Assembly: GCA_048938385.1 (NCBI GenBank)
Contig: JBHLMG010000004.1
Location: 57,084-101,241, forward strand
Length of the DNA: 44,158 bases
Direction of reading: 5' to 3'
Source of the DNA: Promethearchaeota archaeon
GTDB lineage: Archaea; Asgardarchaeota; Hermodarchaeia; Hermodarchaeales; Hermodarchaeaceae
The translations under genes and the position numbers were made by a program. The notes under the pieces were generated by a model. The model was not told the DNA's origin. It made no database searches and saw only the letters and a program-made list of their open reading frames with translations. Below are positions 1 to 8,462 of this stretch, one piece after another (the stretch's first letter is position 1; each line of letters starts with the position of its first letter).

Positions 1-131
1 TCAGCCATGGCGTTCACATATCTCACTAAAATATTCTAGCAATTCGTGTAGCTCCTAACCACACTGCCTAAATCTTTTTGGGCTCCAAGACAAGAACGCC
101 TATTGGTGCAGGTTATTTGTCGATTCCTCTA

Positions 132-1265
132 ATGAAAATGAATGAGAAGATACAATTAGTCCGAGAATTTATGAAAAACTCGAATATTGATGCCTGGCTA
201 ATCTACGATTTTCGAGGTAATGATCCCACGGGGAAGGCGCTTCTTGGACATCTTACTCCTACTTCTCGTCAGTATGTTATTCTCATTTCCTTGGACGATC
301 CATTTATTCTCATCAAATCTCCTATCGAATCCCCAGAACTTAATGATCTTACTCCGAGACTTCGAACCTTCAACGCTCGAACACAAGACGATTTCATGCA
401 AGCCATCAAAGATCATACAACAAGTTTTGAACGAATCGCTGTGAATCTTGCAGAAAACCCGCAGACTGACATACTTCCGGCTGGACGGTTTATGCATCTT
501 TGCGCCGTGGTTCCCCAAATCCGTTGGGTTATGGGCGAAAATCTCATGCAAATTATCCATTCCGTCCTCTCTAAATCGGAATTGGCGAGCCATACGCGTG
601 CGGCAAACACACTAACGAAAATCATGGAGAATGCCTTCTCGTTTCTATCAGATCATGTTGGATCCGCTACCGAAGGAGAAGTTGCCGAGTTTATACGCCA
701 CCAACTTCGTGATGAAAATCTGTCCTTTATCGATGGTCCAATGGTTGCGGTACAATCAAACACCGCAAATCCCCATTATACGCCTGGTGATGTTGTAATC
801 AAGAAGAATGAACTAATCATGATTGATATATGGGCGAAATGGGACATTTACGCAGATATTACATGGATGGCTTTTACAGGCTCAAAAATACCCGAAGAGG
901 TTTTAGAAGTCTGGGATGTCATACTCGAAGCCCGAACCGCTGCTACTGCTGCAATCAGACCTGGTATCGAAGCTCGAATTCCTGATGATCGTGCGCGCGA
1001 AGTGATGATTATGGCTGGATACAAAGATGCAATACTTCATCGTACAGGGCATAGCATCGACTCTTTTTCTCACGGAAAAGGTGCTAATTTGGATAGCTAT
1101 GAAATGCCCGAATCTCGATTGCTCCTTCCCAACACCCTAGTATCTGTAGAACCGGGTATCTACCTCAAAGGGCGCTTCGGGGTCCGAAGTGAAATCGATG
1201 TACTGGTTACAGAGTCAGGTCACCAGGTCACCACACCTCCACAAGAAAGCTTATTGCGTATTTAA
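132..1265 (+). CDS. Xaa-Pro aminopeptidase / M24B family metallopeptidase
   Basis: Creatinase-like N-domain plus pita-bread motifs NPHY, IDIW...YADIT, HRTGHSI, EPGIY, RSEIDVLVT. ATG at 132 or 138 preferred over the track's TTG at 78. Confidence 0.9.
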   Translation: MKMNEKIQLVREFMKNSNIDAWLIYDFRGNDPTGKALLGHLTPTSRQYVILISLDDPFILIKSPIESPELNDLTPRLRTFNARTQDDFMQAIKDHTTSFERIAVNLAENPQTDILPAGRFMHLCAVVPQIRWVMGENLMQIIHSVLSKSELASHTRAANTLTKIMENAFSFLSDHVGSATEGEVAEFIRHQLRDENLSFIDGPMVAVQSNTANPHYTPGDVVIKKNELIMIDIWAKWDIYADITWMAFTGSKIPEEVLEVWDVILEARTAATAAIRPGIEARIPDDRAREVMIMAGYKDAILHRTGHSIDSFSHGKGANLDSYEMPESRLLLPNTLVSVEPGIYLKGRFGVRSEIDVLVTESGHQVTTPPQESLLRI

Positions 1266-1322
1266 AATATAGAAAGAAGACAAAACATTCTTCATTAAAA
1301 GAAATCTTGCGGGAGTATCACA

Positions 1323-2102
1323 ATGGCGGATAAATTCGTGTTACTATTAGAATTCTCTTCGGGTATTATCGAACCCCTTCCTCTCTCAACCGAAGCCCTA
1401 GCAACTGATCGAATCATTATAGCCATCGATGAACTCAAAGAGAAGGTCTGGCTTTGGCAAGGTGCAGCCACTTCTCTCGTTGAACGCCGCGCCGCTCAAC
1501 GAAAAGCTCGCTCCATTTTGAGTGCAGGTTATCAGTTAGGTCCTTACAGAATAGGACGAGATGTCTCCGATGTCGAAATCATTGAGGGCGATTTCCTGGA
1601 TGATCCTGAAACTAAAGCGCTCTTTGCACAATTGCAACACACTCTCAGCCAGAAATTTCAACTCACTAACGGGGTCCTTGGACGATTCAGTGACACTACC
1701 TCTCCCCTTCCTTCGGCTCCGACATCTACAACCAAACCTGCTTCGGTCAGCACACCTCCGCTCCCATCACCAAAGCCTCCACCACCACAGCCGTCCATCG
1801 CTACACCTCAACCCCAAACCCAACCCATAGCTCCTGCTCCACAGAGGGCTTTTCAAGATCTAGGGGTAATCCGTGTTGGAATCCTCATTGCATCTGTCCT
1901 CGACTTTTTTTCCTCTTGCTATGTCAGCACAAATCCAACAGAGACAGGAATTCGTTATACAATTGAGGATCCGGATGGAACAATTTGTGAAATTGAAGTA
2001 AGTCAAGGCTCCGTTCATTTTCTACAGCGGTATGACTTTCGAGGAAAACGCAACGAAATTCTTGCGCTGCTACGGGATCGGTTATCCACTGCTAATTTAT
2101 GA
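1323..2102 (+). CDS. Gelsolin-domain protein 1 (gelsolin domain, Pro-rich linker, unnamed C-terminal alpha/beta domain)
   Basis: LATDRIIIAIDELKEKVWLWQGAATSLVERRAAQRKA fits the gelsolin-repeat pattern (L..D..h-h-h-D.....h-W-x-W-x-G......ER..A). Linker PPLPSPKPPPPQP. GGGAG SD upstream. Confidence 0.8.
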   Translation: MADKFVLLLEFSSGIIEPLPLSTEALATDRIIIAIDELKEKVWLWQGAATSLVERRAAQRKARSILSAGYQLGPYRIGRDVSDVEIIEGDFLDDPETKALFAQLQHTLSQKFQLTNGVLGRFSDTTSPLPSAPTSTTKPASVSTPPLPSPKPPPPQPSIATPQPQTQPIAPAPQRAFQDLGVIRVGILIASVLDFFSSCYVSTNPTETGIRYTIEDPDGTICEIEVSQGSVHFLQRYDFRGKRNEILALLRDRLSTANL

Positions 2103-2191
2103 AAGCACTAGCGACCAATATTTTTTGCAGGAATTTAATCAGATACTCCGCTAATACCTCAAGCAGAGTCAACTTAATAAAAGATAGAAAC

Positions 2192-2319
2192 ACAACCTAA
2201 AACAGACCTCGCAGCACTAAATGCCTGTGAAGCTGTGAGGAAATCGCGCTACAGACATACCACACAGCCCACCCTTGAAGTCACTGGGTTCTACCCTCAG
2301 GGATCTGAATAGGTGTTGT
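2192..2319 (+). promoter_or_regulatory. Candidate structured 5' leader of gelsolin protein 2
   Basis: Nested complementary segments: 2207-2215/2232-2240 (9 bp including one G-U), 2203-2206/2304-2307, 2286-2289/2293-2296, and 2192-2199/2310-2319 covering the SD. Confidence 0.3.
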
Positions 2320-2323
2320 AAAG

Positions 2324-3049
2324 ATGGCACGACTAGTAATGTTAGAAATTGGTGGTTTAGGTTTTGTTCGTTCTATACGCCCGGGTGCACGAAAGCTCAG
2401 CGGCGATGTGTGCGTAGTCGTCGCTGATGAAGTGAACAAAACTCTCTGGTTCTGGATGGGAAGCGGCGTTCAATATGATAAGCGTCGAACTGCTAGAGGT
2501 AAAGCTGAGCAGATTAGTCAAGAAGGGCATCGTATTGGTGATGAACTGCTCGGTCGCGGCTTCTCTCTTGTAGAAATCGATCAAGATGCCTTAGAAGATC
2601 CTACCACTGCAAATAATTATTCAACCCTAACAGGTCTACTCGAAGCTCCAATGGAAATTAGTACTGTGACGAGCTCCAAAGGAACTCTCATCATCGCCCA
2701 ACTCCAAGGCACCGCTCCTACCACACCTCCTATTACTCCTACTACCACAGCTGTAACCACGCCTGAACCGAGTGTAAAAGAAACCAAACCTTCGGCTCAG
2801 ATTACTACCCCTCGGAGATCGAAGCTCGACTTTGAAGCCGCCTTAATGGCCATCGTCCGTGTACACCAACAAGTTCATATCGAATACAAAACTCGCGGTG
2901 ACACAGAAGAAGTAATCATTGAGAGCATCGATGGATTACAACACAAAATGAAACGCAGCAAGGGTCGGCTTTCCTTCAACTGGGATCCTAAAACACCAAA
3001 AGAACTCAAAGAACTTGTCGCTCACGAACTCAAAAGTATCGCGGGGTAA
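2324..3049 (+). CDS. Gelsolin-domain protein 2 (paralog of 1323..2102, Thr/Pro-rich linker)
   Basis: LSGDVCVVVADEVNKTLWFWMGSGVQYDKRRTARGKA, with the same G...G...G segment and DDP/EDP helix as paralog 1. AGGTG SD upstream. Confidence 0.8.
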   Translation: MARLVMLEIGGLGFVRSIRPGARKLSGDVCVVVADEVNKTLWFWMGSGVQYDKRRTARGKAEQISQEGHRIGDELLGRGFSLVEIDQDALEDPTTANNYSTLTGLLEAPMEISTVTSSKGTLIIAQLQGTAPTTPPITPTTTAVTTPEPSVKETKPSAQITTPRRSKLDFEAALMAIVRVHQQVHIEYKTRGDTEEVIIESIDGLQHKMKRSKGRLSFNWDPKTPKELKELVAHELKSIAG

Positions 3050-3074
3050 TCTCTAAAATCACGGGTCGGAATCT

Positions 3075-3662
3075 ATGGTTCTTTTCTTGTTTTTTGCCCT
3101 AGCACTGATTAGTTCATATGCTTTCATCGGTGCTGGCATAAAGTACATCGATCAAATCGTCGATCATCAACGAAATTCACGAAAAAATTCATTGAGCTCT
3201 TGGCTACTTACCTTCTGCCTTACTCTGGTAACATCTCTCTGGGTCTTTTTAGATCGCTTTTCTGCAATCCTCGCATTCGCTTTAATTCTAGGCTTACTCG
3301 GGACGCGAAAAGTTGACAATCATTACTTTATTGTAATCGCCTTGGTGGTTCTTCCTGCGTGCGTCATAACCTTAGTTCAGGTTAATCTTTTTATTCTCCT
3401 CGCAAGTCTGCTCCCTCTTATTGTATCAGCCATTGCGGATGAGCTTTTACACAATACGGCATTGAAGATCACGAATAGATATGTCCAATGGGTTTGTGTT
3501 CACCGCCCCCTGCTCAAAATAGTTGTCATAATTTTACCGTTTTTCAGTCTGCTCACATTTACTCATGCGATTGCTTTTTGGAGCTTCGACCTGGCCTATG
3601 ATTTCGTAGCTTACCATTTTCGCGCGGTAAATCTTGTAGCAAACGAAGGGCTATCTCCGTAA
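3075..3662 (+). CDS. Multi-pass membrane protein of unknown function
   Basis: About 6 hydrophobic segments with polar motifs GIKYIDQ, KVDN, ADE, HRP, FDLAY. Starts 25 bp after gelsolin 2. Confidence 0.75.
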   Translation: MVLFLFFALALISSYAFIGAGIKYIDQIVDHQRNSRKNSLSSWLLTFCLTLVTSLWVFLDRFSAILAFALILGLLGTRKVDNHYFIVIALVVLPACVITLVQVNLFILLASLLPLIVSAIADELLHNTALKITNRYVQWVCVHRPLLKIVVIILPFFSLLTFTHAIAFWSFDLAYDFVAYHFRAVNLVANEGLSP

Positions 3663-3746
3663 ATCAATGGTTTCTATCTCTGGGCATCGCTTTGGAAAGG
3701 TTTAAGTCGGCTCATTTACCAAAAATAGACACTGGTGAGGCTACAG

Positions 3747-3989
3747 ATGAGAGCCAACATTTCACTATCATATAGTGGTAGAACACGGGAGGATCATGCG
3801 ACCAAAAACGGTCATGTGAACCTTCTCTTAAATCAACATGGCCGCATCCTCAGCAAACTTCCCCTTGGCGATGGACGCTATAACTTCGTAATCGAACTCG
3901 ACGATTTAGAACGGTTTACAAATTCGTTGTTCGAATTTACTCGTCAAAACCCCTGGCTTCGTGTGGAGAAGGTGTCCGCATACGCTTAA
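3747..3989 (+). CDS. Small hypothetical protein (80 aa, possibly ferredoxin-like/ACT-like fold)
   Basis: GGTGAGG SD at 3734-3740 before ATG 3747. TATA-like TTTAAG near 3701. Alternating beta/alpha pattern. Confidence 0.6.
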   Translation: MRANISLSYSGRTREDHATKNGHVNLLLNQHGRILSKLPLGDGRYNFVIELDDLERFTNSLFEFTRQNPWLRVEKVSAYA

Positions 3990-4012
3990 GGGATTTTACT
4001 CACTAGTCTCAG

Positions 4013-5410
4013 CTAAAGGCGAACTTTTTCACCATTTTTTGGTGCTATGGCAGGGCACCTTAGGGTATGCTTTACAATTCGCACAAGTCCTTGACATGCC
4101 TTCGGACTTCCATGAACAGCAAACACCTTGTGTGGGGGTTGATTGCGAAGCGAAGAAAAGAAGCCCATCAATTCATTCTTATCAGCGTGAGCGCTGAACC
4201 CATACAGCCTTTCAATTCGTGCACGCACTCGTTTGGGTCGACCGTATATTCGTACTTGCCGTGCTCCATGAACGATACGATGTCCAAGAGTCCCAGGAGC
4301 TTGAAAACCTATTACTAAGAGATGCGTGTTGTGATCCTCAATGCGTCTGTAAAGGTGACGAAGAATCCTACCGCCACTCATCATTCCTGAACCAGCGATA
4401 ATCATCATCGGTCCGCGTTGTTGGCTCAACATGTCACTATCATTATGACGTTCAACATACTGCAGCCCCTTAAAGTCCAAAGGTGCATCTCCTGACTCAA
4501 TCAAATCCCATGTTTCATCATCAAAACATTCACGATGACGCTTAAAGATTTCAGTGGCTCTGATAGCTAACGGAGAATCAATAGCTACTGGAATAATAGG
4601 AACCCTACCCTTTTCCACCAAGGTGTTCAGGGCATAGATTAGAGCTTGAGTACGCCCAATAGCGAAGGCAGGAACAAGGATGTGGCTTTGATGACGATTT
4701 GCTTTGATAATGATGCGTTCAAAATGTTTTATGGTTCGCTTCAACGCTTCATGGGTACGGTTGGCATATGTAGATTCACAGAGCAGGTAAGGCGCGGTGG
4801 ATGGAAAATCAGGATCACGAATAATTGGGGCGTTCCTTCGTCCAATATCACCCGTATCAACCAGGTGGACGATTCTATTATCTTCTTCAATCCAGGTTTC
4901 AACGATGGATGATCCAAGGATATGTCCAGCATCACGGAAACGGAGGATAACATTTCCGGTAAGTGTAAGTTTCCGATTATACTCCACTGCCTTGAGCTGT
5001 CTAATGGCTCGTTCAGCATCCTGTACGGTGAAGAGTGGGGTTGCTTGCCGTGTATCTTGGGGGGATCCTTGTTTGGAATGGTGCCGAGTAGCCTCTTCCT
5101 CTTCGGATTCCCCAACATCTCGCAGTAATAGGGTACAGAGTTCAGCACTGGCACTGGTCGTATATATGGGTCCACGGAATCCGGCTTTCACCAACATTGG
5201 TAATCGTCCACAATGATCGAGATGGGCGTGGGTGAGGATGACAAAGTCGATGCCTTTAGGATTGAAACTGAAAAGATGGTTTCGCTGATACTGGCCTTCT
5301 GAACTTCCCTGGAAAAGACCACAATCAAGTAGAAATGAGGTAGTTTTTGTGGTTATCTGGAATAAACTTCCCGTAACGGTTTGTCCTGCGCCGTGAACGG
5401 TTAATTCCAA
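4013..5410 (-). CDS. beta-CASP metallo-beta-lactamase ribonuclease (bacterial TTHA0252-like type)
   Basis: GAGQTVTGS, DCGLFQG, THAHLDHCG, DAGHILGS, ESTY, PAFAIGRTQ, GFSAHAD, VHG. Confidence 0.9.
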   Translation of the reverse strand: MELTVHGAGQTVTGSLFQITTKTTSFLLDCGLFQGSSEGQYQRNHLFSFNPKGIDFVILTHAHLDHCGRLPMLVKAGFRGPIYTTSASAELCTLLLRDVGESEEEEATRHHSKQGSPQDTRQATPLFTVQDAERAIRQLKAVEYNRKLTLTGNVILRFRDAGHILGSSIVETWIEEDNRIVHLVDTGDIGRRNAPIIRDPDFPSTAPYLLCESTYANRTHEALKRTIKHFERIIIKANRHQSHILVPAFAIGRTQALIYALNTLVEKGRVPIIPVAIDSPLAIRATEIFKRHRECFDDETWDLIESGDAPLDFKGLQYVERHNDSDMLSQQRGPMMIIAGSGMMSGGRILRHLYRRIEDHNTHLLVIGFQAPGTLGHRIVHGARQVRIYGRPKRVRARIERLYGFSAHADKNELMGFFSSLRNQPPHKVFAVHGSPKACQGLVRIVKHTLRCPAIAPKNGEKVRL

Positions 5411-5465
5411 TACAAGTAACTCCTACAGACCAGTTAACAAAAGCGGTTGAGGAAGCGGTCATGGA

Positions 5466-6428
5466 TTATTCAAACCAATCGTATCCCGGGTTTCCGCTTT
5501 TATCCTTGGGGTTGTCCTTCTCTTCTTCTTGGTCTGAGTTCTCTAAGGGTTCAGTGTCTTCTGTTTTAGGTTCCTCTTCTTCGGGTTTTGCTTGCGTTCC
5601 AATTTTCGATAATTGTTGCCGCATTGAGTCAACAACTGAAACAGATTTGCCCTCCTTCAGCTGGGAAGCTTCGCTTAATGCCTCAGGAGACCCGATGTAT
5701 TGTTGTCCTTCACCTGTGAGTTGGGGTTGTTGACCATAACAACGAGCAAAGGCTGCAACATCCTCATGGTCAGTGGCGCGAATTTCAGTGAATAAGATGT
5801 CATCACCCTGACAAATAAATCGAAGCTGGAGACGAAATACGGATACTTGGAATTCGTTTGGTCCCAGAGGAACCATTGTGGCTTGACCGTAGCAGTCTGC
5901 TACTGCGAAAAGTACCTTACTTGCAAGCTGCTCTTCATAAGTTAGGATTCTGCGACGGACGGTCCTCGGCTCACGAATCGGTTGTGGGACGATAGTCTGT
6001 TCGACAGCGTCAACTCGGTCTTGGAAGGACTCCTCAAAGGTGGATATTTCTGGTTCCTCTTCAATCACAACGAGGAACTCGGATGTTTTATGGTTTGATT
6101 CAAGGAGCTTTCGAAGGACGGAAACTTTTGCATCTTGAAGGTTGCCTGGAACTTCGATGAAATTAGTACATTTGGTTCCTACCTGAATACCTTGTACATG
6201 AATTCCATTGCGCATAATAAATCGCGCTTGTCGTAAAGCGTTTGACCGTTGAAGCATGGTAGTACCATGACCCATCCAGACCCAGACGATGGCTTCAGCT
6301 TCGTCAACGATAAGAATCGTTCGTCCGTCCACTAAGTGGCTGGGGTTCCAATGCAGGGGTTGTAGTTCACCTCCTTCGCCTAAGACTTCGATCATCGCGA
6401 TGTATTTTTTCATCTTCTTCCGAACCAC
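5466..6428 (-). CDS. Gelsolin-domain protein 3 (acidic C-terminal tail ending YDWFE)
   Basis: HLVDGRTILIVDEAEAIVWVWMGHGTTMLQRSNALRQARFI plus GIHVQGIQVG. C-terminal helix-4beta-helix domain like paralogs 1 and 2. Confidence 0.75.
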   Translation of the reverse strand: MVRKKMKKYIAMIEVLGEGGELQPLHWNPSHLVDGRTILIVDEAEAIVWVWMGHGTTMLQRSNALRQARFIMRNGIHVQGIQVGTKCTNFIEVPGNLQDAKVSVLRKLLESNHKTSEFLVVIEEEPEISTFEESFQDRVDAVEQTIVPQPIREPRTVRRRILTYEEQLASKVLFAVADCYGQATMVPLGPNEFQVSVFRLQLRFICQGDDILFTEIRATDHEDVAAFARCYGQQPQLTGEGQQYIGSPEALSEASQLKEGKSVSVVDSMRQQLSKIGTQAKPEEEEPKTEDTEPLENSDQEEEKDNPKDKSGNPGYDWFE

Positions 6429-6514
6429 CGCTAGATTGAGTTATATTGAGGGTTAGCCACGATGAAGGCACATTCACAAAACATGGGGTAAGGAGGGTAT
6501 ATGAAATTGTCGTG

Positions 6515-7804
6515 TCAGTGTGTATCTTTTCGTATATTAACGAGGATTTCTTGAGCTCGGTCAAATCGCACCTGCTTCTCTTTGATCATCTGTTGTGCCA
6601 CTTGTTCCACTTCATCATCAACAGCTCCTGCTGCGATAGCCACATTACGAGAGTGGAGTTTCATATGACCCGCTTGAATACCTTCTTGGCTTAAGGCGCG
6701 CAGAGCCGCAAGATTTTGGGCTAGACCAACACAGGCAATCACTTCAGCCAGTTCATTAGCCGTCTTTACACCAAGAATTTTAACGCACAAGCGAGCAACG
6801 GGGTGAGTTTTCGTTGCTCCTCCCACAAGTCCCACTGCCAGGGGTACTTCGATGGTTCCATGTAAATCTCCTTCCGGTGTTTGAGAATATTGGGTAAGTG
6901 ATTGGTATCCACCCTCGCGTGTTGCCGCATATGAGTGGGCTCCTGCTTCAACGGCCCGGAAATCTTGACCAGTCGCTAGCAAGACGGCGTCAATCCCATT
7001 CATGATCCCTTTGTTATGTGTGGTACAACGGTATGGGTCAGCTTGAGCAAACGCGTACGCTTTCAAAATTCCGTTGACTCCTTCTGGTCCTCCTAGTGCT
7101 TTGGCAGGAAAAGTAGCTTCAGCGCGTGCCAGACGATACACAGCAAGATTAGATAATATCCGGAGATAGACACGACCTCCCGTGAGATCTTCTATTAATG
7201 GGGCTAGAGCCTCACACATTGTGTTAATAGCATTAGCTCCCATTGCGTCTCGCGTATCGACTAAAAGGTGAACCACAAGCATTGCCCCCATCATAGTGTC
7301 AAGTTGACGGACCTGTAATTCACGAGCACCTCCACCGAATTTCACCAAGACGGGGTCTTGAGCGTTTGCCACTTTGAGAAGATTCTCTTTATTCTTCTCT
7401 ATGTTTTGTTGAGCTGCGAGTAAATCCGAAAAATCTGCAACTTGTATCTGACCAATCATCACCGGGTCTGTTGTAGAGCTAGAAAATCCGCCAGTTTGGC
7501 GCGTCATACGTGCGGCATTCGAAGCAGCCGCAACCACAGAGGGCTCTTCCAATGCCATCGGAACCAGATACTCTTTGTTATTAATCAGGAAATTAGTTGC
7601 CAGCCCCAAAGGAAAAGGAAATGTACCGACCACATTCTCGATCATTCGATCTGCTGTGGGAGGATCAAGAGGACCGAAGGTTTCCAAAAGTGAGACTTCC
7701 TCATCTGACAGGTCAGCAAACTGGCGAAGCTTCTCAACCCGTTCAGCAATTGATAGACGATAAAAACCACTTATTGCAGAAGTCTTGTCAACCACGGTGT
7801 TCAC
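6515..7804 (-). CDS. mvaA: Hydroxymethylglutaryl-CoA reductase, class II
   Basis: MIENVVG, EEPSVVAAAS, DAMGAN, ILSNL, THNKGIMNG, GIQAGHMKLH. Confidence 0.95.
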   Translation of the reverse strand: MNTVVDKTSAISGFYRLSIAERVEKLRQFADLSDEEVSLLETFGPLDPPTADRMIENVVGTFPFPLGLATNFLINNKEYLVPMALEEPSVVAAASNAARMTRQTGGFSSSTTDPVMIGQIQVADFSDLLAAQQNIEKNKENLLKVANAQDPVLVKFGGGARELQVRQLDTMMGAMLVVHLLVDTRDAMGANAINTMCEALAPLIEDLTGGRVYLRILSNLAVYRLARAEATFPAKALGGPEGVNGILKAYAFAQADPYRCTTHNKGIMNGIDAVLLATGQDFRAVEAGAHSYAATREGGYQSLTQYSQTPEGDLHGTIEVPLAVGLVGGATKTHPVARLCVKILGVKTANELAEVIACVGLAQNLAALRALSQEGIQAGHMKLHSRNVAIAAGAVDDEVEQVAQQMIKEKQVRFDRAQEILVNIRKDTH

Positions 7805-7886
7805 TTCACCGTGTGATTGGAAGGAATTAACTTATCAAATTTTCCTGCATTACTTCCATTGCAGCAAATCTTTATTCAATAGGATT

Positions 7887-8396
7887 CTACTGTTCTCGGA
7901 GTTCCCAAACGCAGGCATCTGCACCCCAGGTTCGACACTCCACTTCTTCACATACGCTGTCAAACCCTCGAAGGGTTAGTACATGCTGGAATACGCCGCT
8001 GAGAATGTTACAGTATTTCAAACCGGTGAATTCATCGGACATTCGAATATTCTGACAGATAGGACAGTCATTAAATTTATACACAATTTTCTTACCAGCA
8101 GTATCATATTGAACCTCATCAAATGCCTGGCCCAACATGACTCGCGTGGCTAAGGTAAAGGTGTCTGTAAATCCATCAAATGTCGTGGCGTGTTTCCCAA
8201 TTGTATCGCTGTATTCGAAAAGGAGAGTTTCAGCCATAGCCATGCCTAACCGTAACAGTTTGCTATTCGCTAGATTAATATCGCCTTTACTATCTTCGAT
8301 GATGTAGTCAATAACTGCAGCTACCAATGCCTGGAAGGCATTTAGGGATGTCTTCTTCATCTTAAAATGCCAGCCAACCCAACCTTTGACACCCAT
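7887..8396 (-). CDS. Standalone V4R (4-vinyl reductase; Bet3/TRAPP-related fold) domain protein
   Basis: L.R.G..MA helix, CPIC, YCNILSGVF, EVECRTWGADACVW. GTGGTGA SD upstream. Confidence 0.85.
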   Translation of the reverse strand: MGVKGWVGWHFKMKKTSLNAFQALVAAVIDYIIEDSKGDINLANSKLLRLGMAMAETLLFEYSDTIGKHATTFDGFTDTFTLATRVMLGQAFDEVQYDTAGKKIVYKFNDCPICQNIRMSDEFTGLKYCNILSGVFQHVLTLRGFDSVCEEVECRTWGADACVWELREQ

Positions 8397-8462
8397 ATTT
8401 TATCACCACAAGTTCGTACATGTGTCGATATAGTTATGAATTATTCGTTCTTTACTTCGTTT

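Noticed and set aside
1-77. Possible start of a minus-strand gene running off the left edge
   Set aside because: There is too little sequence to support a call.
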